Positions 1 through 9,000 of a stretch of 64,000 nt of DNA are shown one piece after another. Under the pieces are notes generated by a model, which searched no databases, had not been told where the DNA came from, and was given only the letters and a program-made list of their open reading frames with translations. Position 1 is the stretch's first letter. Every line of letters starts with the position of its first letter. The translations under genes and the position numbers were made by a program. Origin of the DNA: Naegleria gruberi (Eukaryota); NCBI GenBank assembly GCA_000004985.1, contig GG738875.1; one strand, 5' to 3'.

Positions 1-3000
1 AAGTTGATAATATTTATCAAATTTTCAACAATGAAAAATCTAATCCACCAAGAACAAAGAATATGCCACCAGTATCTGGAGCTATTTATTGGTCTCATTC
101 ACTCTTTGAAAGAATTAGAAAACCAATGATTTTGTTCAAGGAGGCTCCAGATATGTTGGATACAGATGAAGGAAAGAAGATTCAAAATAAGAGTTTTACA
201 GTAGCTAAAGAAATTCTAGAATTTGAAGAAACTAAATTTAAGGAATGGAAATCAACAGTGACGGAAGATACTATTAAATACTTGAAAGGCAATATTTTAA
301 TGAAAGATGGTAATAAGATTGTTGTGAACTTCCATGCTAAACTTTTATTATTAATTCAAGAAACCAGATATCTTGATAAACTAGGTAAAAAAGTCCCAGA
401 AATTGCTTTGAATGTAACTTTGCAAGAAGAAAAGTACCACAAGTACATTGAAAATCTCAGAGGAATGATAGAAAATTTCACTCAATCAAAGGATTCATTA
501 GATAAGGCTGAAGAAAAGGTTCTTGCTCCTTTGATTAATAGATTGAAGAAAATATTAGAACCTGGATTTTCTGTTCTGAATTGGAACTCATTAGGTATTG
601 ATGAGTTTATCAAAAGATGTAACACGGAAATCTCAGATTTTCAATCAATTGTGCAGAAAATGCAAAGAAACGCATCTGTAATCCGATCCTTAATCCAACA
701 ACTCAAGAGTCCTTTTGCTACAAAACTGGACTTGAATGGAGAAATGATCACTTTACCAGAATTGGTTGAAACTATCGAAAGAAATGTTCAACAAAAAAGT
801 GTCAGTCTTGCCAAGAAATACAAAACTATTGGTCAAACTTTATTGAAGATGGAAGGAGACCTCATCAATAGTAATGTTATAGAGAGTGAAAGTAAATCAG
901 CAACAGGAAGAGAAAAGCTTTTACAGGGCTATTATGCCTATTGGGAAAAGAGAATTTTTAAAGCTCTTGTAAAGAATGTATCCTCAAGTATTGATGAATT
1001 GATGGATTTCCTGTACTTGAGTAAAAAGAAGAAGAATATCCCAATTAAGAAGAATCCTCTTCTCAAAGTTAACGTTTCATTGTATCACAAAGCTATTGCA
1101 ACATCACCAGATTTGGATGATATTTCAGATATGTTGGATAAGATTGTTAATAGCCCTATCAATGCTACTAAACATTTCGTGAGATGGTACAGTGGTACCT
1201 GCCATGAAATTACAAACATTGAAGTCAAAACAGAGAGGGATGACCAAATTGATATTCCTTCGATTATTGCTAATCACTTCTCTTTCTTCAATGAAATTCT
1301 TCAAATTCCTTTAATTACCAAGAAAGTTTTACTTTTAAATAATGGTATCCAGAAAACTTTAACTAATGTACAAAGATTTGTAAATACCTACACCAAATAC
1401 CAAGAGTATTGGAAGACACCAAAAGAAATGGCTATGGAAAAGTTTGGTAGTAAAGACCCTTCATGGGATGCCTATTACAGAAAATTGGAAGACTATCATA
1501 GATTGTTAGAAGATATTAATTCTCATACAAAACCAATCAAGGATTTAGAATTTATTAGAATAGATTCAACATCATTTATAAAATCCTTCACAGATGAATT
1601 GAGAAAATGGATTGAAGCAATGTCCAAATTATTAAATAGCAATATTGAACCTAAAGCCAAGGAATTAAATGCTAAAATTGATAGCTTCAAGGAGGGGTTA
1701 ACAATTGAAATCAAGGAACTTGATGATTTGAGAAAGGTACTTTCAGTAATTGATGAAGGTAGATCTAGCTCTGCTGATATAGAACGAGAATATAGAGAAG
1801 TTGAGGATGTTTACCATACTATGATTTCTTATGGTGTTAAAATTCCAACTGAAGAAATGGAACTTGTTAATGGACTGAGATCAAAATGGGAAAATTTAAT
1901 GGTAGCCTCAAAGGAAATGGAAATTGAATTGATTCCACAAAAAGAAAGATTCACTTCTGAGACACAAAAGAGAGTTTCTCAATTCCAAATTGAAGTTACT
2001 AAATTGAAGGACGAATTTGATAAAGGTCCAGGTAATCCATCAGTACAATTGGAAGAAGGTCTCGAACAAATGGAGTCACTTAAAGGTGCTATGGAAGAAA
2101 AGAAAAAGACCAGAGATTACCTTGTTCAATCAGAAAAATTATTCGACCTACCAATTACTCCTTATCCAGATTTTGTGCAACTCGAAAAGAAGATGGCCAA
2201 GTTTGGTAAGATTTTCGAAATATTTGGAGATTGGCAAAAGAAGCTTACCAAATGGTCTAGAACTCTTTGGGTTGAAGCTCCTATTGAAGAAATGACCAAA
2301 GAAACCTCACGATTCTCCCAAATGTTGATTAGTAAGAAGGAATTCCCTCAAGAGCTTCAAGAATTACCTGCTCACAAGACATTTAAGAGTAAGGTTAAAC
2401 ATTTCCAAAAGACCATTGAATTACTTTCATGTCTTAAGAGTGAAGCATTGAGAGAGAGACATTGGGAGCAATTGATGAAAGCTACAGGTAAAAACTTTGA
2501 TATCAATCCATCAACATTCACATTGAAAAATTTGATTGATATGAACTTGTATGAACACGAAAATAGTATTAATGAAATCACAGAATCTGCCAATAAGGAA
2601 CTTGATGTTGAAAATACAATTAAGAAGGTTGCTGAGGTTTGGAGAAATAGAAAATTCGATCTCAAGAAGCACATTAGAGATGGTGAAGATAGAGGTTTTG
2701 TTTTGACCGGTATTGATAGTGTAAAAGAACAATTGGAAGAAGATACTGCCAACTTGGCTGCCATTTCTGGTACTCAACATTCTGTACCTTTTGCTGCTGA
2801 ACTTAGCAAATGGGAAGGATATCTTTCTAAGATTGATGAAGTTACTACTCTTTGGGTAGATGTTCAAAGAACCTGGATGTACCTTGAAATCATTTTTATT
2901 GGTTCAGAAGATATTAAGGATCAATTACCAGAACAAGCAAAAGCCTTTAAGAAGATCGATACTGATTGGGCTAAAACTATGGCTGAAACAGCCAAGAATA

Positions 3001-6000
3001 GAAATGTGTTGGAGAATTGTTGCCAAGGAGGTGACAAACTTTCCCTCATGTCTAGTCTACAAATAAGACTCAACGAATGCCAAAAGGGTTTAAACAATTA
3101 TTTGCAATCAAAGAGAAACGCCTTCCCAAGATTCTTCTTCATTTCAGACAATGAGTTGCTAAGTATTCTTGGTTCTTCTGATTTGAATACTATCCAAAAG
3201 AGTATTGGTAACTTATTTGAAAACTGTGGTAGTCTTATTATCAAACCAAACACTAATTTAGTTTTAGGTATGGTTTCCAAAGAAGGAGAAGAATACACAT
3301 TCGATAAACCTGTAAGAGCTGAAGGATTTATTGAAAAATGGTTAACTGCTGTTCAAAGTGAAATGAGAAAGACACTCAAAATTATTATGAAAAAATCCGT
3401 CTACGCTTATCCATCTGTTCCTAGAATTGATTGGATCAAAGAGAATCTAGGAATGGTCACTTTGTGTGGCTCTCAAATTTGGTGGACTTGGGAAGTTGAG
3501 GATTCCTTTAGAAGAGTTAAAAATGGTGAAAAGATGGCTGTTAAAAATTTGGCTGTTTTACTCACTCAAAGATTGAACGCTTTGGTTGATGAAGTTAGAA
3601 CACCTCTTAATTCTCAAGTTAGAAAAAAGATTACCACCATGATTATTATCGATGTTCATGCCAGAGATATTGTAGACAGATTGGTAAGAGACAGTATTTT
3701 GGACGAAAGAGAATTCGATTGGGAAAGTCAATTGAGATTCTATTGGGACAAATCTGCTAACGATGTTAAAATTAGACAATGTACTGGTGAATTTGACTAT
3801 GGTTATGAATATATGGGTCTTAATGGTAGACTTGTTATTACTCCATTGACTGATAGATGTTTCATGACTTTAACTCAAGCTCTTACATTTAATTTGGGTG
3901 GTTCTCCATCTGGTCCTGCAGGTACAGGTAAAACAGAAAGTGTTAAAGATTTGGCCAAGAGTTTGGCTCTTATTTGTATTGTTTTTAACTGTGGTGAAGG
4001 TCTTGACTACAAGGCTATGTATATGAATTTTTCAGGTTTGTGTCAAACTGGTGCTTGGGGATGTTTTGATGAGTTCAACAGAATTGAATTACCTGTCCTT
4101 TCTGTCGTTTCTACTCAAATCAGAGAAATTCAAAGCGCTCTTAAGGCAGCAAAGGATGAATTTAGATTTGAAGAAGAAGATATCAAACTCGATAGAAAGC
4201 TTGGTATCTTTATTACTATGAATCCAGGTTATGCTGGAAGAGTAGAATTACCTGACAATCTCAAAGCATTGTTCAGACCATGTGTCATGGTAGTGCCTGA
4301 TTTGGAAATTATTTGTGAAATCATGTTGTTCTCTGAAGGTTTCAACTCTGCCAGAGTTTTGGCTAGAAAGATGACAAAACTTTATCACTTAGCCTCTGGA
4401 CAACTTTCAAAACAACACCACTACGATTGGGGTCTCAGACCACTCAAATCAGTCTTAGTTTTTGCCGGTAGATTAAAGAGAGAAAATCCAGAAAAGAGAG
4501 AGGATGAACTTTTAATGAGAGCTTTGCATGACATGAATGCTCCAAAGTTTGTTTATGAAGATACGCCACTCTTCCACGATTTATTGAATGATCTTTTCGT
4601 AAATATTTCATATGAAAGACTCACTTATCCAAAACTTTACAAGGCTGTAGAAGAATCATTACAAGAAAAAGAAATGAAGTTACTTGAAGATGGTAGTCAA
4701 GTCGATAAGGTTATTCAAGTTTATGAAACCCTTGAAACTCGTCACTCTGTCATGATTGTTGGTGAAACTCAAGGAGGAAAAACAGTTGTTTTCAATGCTC
4801 TATGCTCAGCATTGAAGAAGGCTTTCAACTTTAACGTTAAACAATTGGTAATGAATCCAAAAGCTCAAGGTTTGGCAGAATTGCATGGCGTGCTTAATAA
4901 GGATACCAGAGATTGGACTTATGGTTTACTTTCATACTACTTTAAGGAACTTAACCAACCTTGTGAAAAGGGTAATGAAAGAAGATATCTTGTTTTTGAT
5001 GGTGATGTAGATGCTGAATGGATAGAAAATATGAACTCTGTCATGGATGATAACAAGATTTTGACTTTACCAAATGGTGAAAGAATTACTCTTCTCAACC
5101 CTCTCTGTTCATTAATGTTTGAAGTTGGTAACTTGAAACAAGCTTCTCCTGCCACTGTCAGTAGATGTGGTATGGTCTATGTAGATCCTAAGAATCTTGG
5201 TTTTGAACCATTTATTTGGACTTGGTTAAATCACAAGCTCAAGAAGGATCACCCAGAGAAAGTTGAAGTAATGCAACGTTTATTCGAAAAATATGAAAAG
5301 TCTTGTGTTGACTATGTATTGAAAGGTATTGATCTTGATGGTTCATTTGTTGAGAGACTCAAATTGAACGTTGTTATGAATTCTGTCAGTTTGGTATCAC
5401 AACATTGTAATATGCTTGACGTAATATTTGCTGATCCAGAACAAAATACTGAAGATGAAAGAGAATTAGAGTGCCTCTTTGTTTTCTCTCTTATTTGGTC
5501 TGTTGGCGCTGTTGTTGTGGATAACGATAGAAAACGTTTTGATGACTTTATTAAGAAACTCACAAAGTGGAAATCTGTAGATAATGGTGAAAGCTTGACT
5601 GACCATTTTGTTGGTGTTGGTTGTTGTCCTTCAAGATTGACACTTTATGAATATTTCTTTGATATTAATAATCACCAATGGAAACCTTGGAAGGTTGCTG
5701 TCCCACTTTACACTCCTCCAGCTAATGGAAGATTCTCTAGTATTATTGTTCCAACTGTTGATACAGTTAGATATACTCATTTATTGAGTTCATTTGTATC
5801 ACTTGGTAAGCCAGTACTCTTTGTAGGCTCTTCAGGTACTGCCAAGTCAGTCATGATCAAGAACTTTGTTAAAGACTTGACAGACAAGAATGAGAAAATG
5901 ACTAATTTATCTATTAACTTTTCTAGTAGAACATCTAGTTTGGATTTGCAAAGAACCATCGAAGACAATATTGAAAAGAGAGTTGGTGATAACTACGGAC

Positions 6001-9000
6001 CTTTACAACAAAAGAAGATGATAGTCTTTATTGATGATATGAACATGCCAAACTTTGACAAATATGGTACCCAACAACCTATTGCTTTATTGAAATTGAT
6101 GTTAGAAAAGCAAGGTTTCTATGAACGTAAAACTACCAATCTGGCCTTTATGAGATTACTTGATATGCAATACGTTGCTGCCATGCAACCAACATTTGGC
6201 AGTAATGCTATGGATCCAAGAATTGTTTCTAAATTCAATGTGCTTAATATTTCTTTCCCATCTGATGATTCTATTGACCATATTTATAGTTCCATTTTAA
6301 GTCATCATCTTACAAACTTCTCTCAAGAAATTCAAGATGTTAGTTCAAAGATAACCAAGTCAACTATTAGATTGTACAAGTATCTTGTAAATTCACTTCC
6401 TCCAACTCCTTCCAAATTCCACTACCTCTTCAACTTGAGAGATTTGAGCAGAATTTATGAAGGTTTATGTTTATCTACTATTGATAAGCAAAACGAGGCT
6501 GCAAAGTTTATTAGATTGTGGAGAAATGAACTTTTGAGAGTTTTCCATGATAGACTTATCTCAGTAGCAGATAAAACTCTCACCATCAATGCTATTGAAG
6601 ATGAAATCAAGACTGTTTTCCATAGTCACTCAGAATATGTTCTCAGAAATCCAATTGTTTATGGCGATTTCCTTGACTTCCAAGATCCAAATAATCCAAG
6701 ATTATACGAAGATTTAACGGATTATGATAGAGTTAAGCCTGTTATTGAAGATGCCATCAATATTTACAATGAAAGACCAGGTATTAAGAAATTAGATCTT
6801 GTAATGTTCGAAGATGCATTGGAGCATTTAACTAGACTTTTGAGAATTGTTAGAATGGATAGAGGTAATGCTCTCCTTATTGGTGTTGGTGGTTCTGGTA
6901 AACAAAGTTTAACTAGACTAGCATCTTTTGTTGCTGGATATGAGTTATACGAAATCAAACTCTCAAGAGGTTATAATGAAAATCAATTCCGTGAAGATTT
7001 GAAGAATTTGTACAGAAAACTTGGTGTAGAAGATAAGAAAGTATTGTTCTTGTTTACTGATGCCCATGTTGTAGAAGAAGGATTTTTGGAATTCATCAAT
7101 AATATGCTTTCATCAGGTGTTGTTCCTGCATTATTCGAAGATAATGAAAAGGATGAACTCTACAACGCAGTATCTAAGGAAATTAAGACGACTAACATTG
7201 TTCCAAATAAGGAAAATATGTGGAACTTCTTTATTAACAAATGTAGAAATAATTTACACATTGTCCTTTCAATGACACCTACAGGTAGTACCCTCAGAGT
7301 TAGATGCAGAAACTTCCCAAGTTTAGTTAGTAGTACTACTATTGACTGGTTCACTTCTTGGCCTTCCCAAGCTCTCAAAGAAGTTGCTAACCAATTCTTG
7401 TCAGATGATTCAGTTCCGCAAGAATTGTTGCAATCTATCAATACTCATATGATTTTCGTACATCAAAGTGTTGAGAAATATAGTAATAGATTTGCTCTCG
7501 AATACAGACGTTATAACTATGTTACACCAAAGAATTATCTTGATTACATCAATACTTACAAGAGATTACTCAATGAAAATAGAAGTAAGATTGATGAAAT
7601 GATCAAGAGACTTGATGGTGGTTTGAAGAAACTAAGAGAAGGTAAAGATGAAGTTGAAGAAAGAAAGAAGGAATTATCTGAAGCCTCTGAAATTCTCCAA
7701 ACAAAGTCTGTTGAAAACCAACAGCTTCTTCAAGTTATTAGTGAAAGACTTACAGAAGCCTCAGAACAAAGTAAACTCCAACAAGAAAGAGAAGAAGAAA
7801 TTAAGAAGGAACTTGAAAACATTCAAAAGCAAAAGATTGAAGAAGAAGAGAAGTTAGCTGTAGCTGAACCCGCTGTTAGAGCTGCAGAAGAATCTTTGAA
7901 GAAACTTGACAGAAATGCTATTACAGAAATGAAGTCATTTGCCAGTCCTTCCCAAGTCATTCAAGATGTTGGTGCTTGTATTTATATCCTCTTAGAAGAT
8001 GATTCTCCATCACAAATTACTTGGTCTAATGTTAAGTCTATCATGACTGAAGCCTTCTTTAACAGATTGGTTACCTATGAAAAGTCAAGACTTACATCTA
8101 ATAAGATTAACAAAATTGAAACTATTTACAGAAAGAACGGTGATGCCATGAAACCTGAAGAAATTGCTAAAGTTTCAAGTACATTGGCTGAAATTATTAA
8201 GTGGGTTAACTCAATGAGAGAATACTTTAATGCTATGAGGGTCGTCAAACCAATCAGAAAGAAGAAGGAAGAAGCCGAAAGAAAGCTTGCCTCATTCACA
8301 GAACAATTAGCAACCATCAAATCAAAGCTCATTAAGTTAAAAGAGGATATTGCTGAATACAAGGTAAAATATCAAAGAGGTCAAGAAGAAGAAAAGAGTT
8401 TGATTGAAAAGAAATTAAGTATGGAAGCTAAACTTACAGCTGCCAACAAACTTATTGAAGGTTTAGGCTCGGAAAGAGAAAGATGGGCTCAACAAATTCA
8501 AGAACTTGCAGAAAAGAAGAATAGATTAATTGGTGATTGTTTAATTTGTTCAGCATTTTTGAGTTACACTGGTGCCTTCACTGTTGACTTTAGAAAGGAA
8601 ATGATTCAAGAATGGATCAATGAAATGAAGGAAACAGAAATTCCACTTACATTCCCATTCGATATTGAAGATATTCTTACTGACGATGTTCAAAAGAGTC
8701 AATGGGCATATGAAGGATTACCTTCTGATAAGATTTCTACTCAAAATGGTGTTCTCACAACCCACGCTTCAAGATTCCCTCTTTGTATTGACCCTCAACT
8801 TCAAGCTGTTAAATGGATCAAGAACAAGGAAAAGAACATTAGAGTTTGCTCTTTTAGTGATTCTGACTTTATGAGAAAGATTGAAAATGCTATGAAATAT
8901 GGAGAAACTGTACTTTTTGAAAATGTTGATGAAGTTATTGATCCAATGATAGATCCTGTTTTGGATATGGAAATTAAGGGAAAGAAGAGAATTGTTAGAA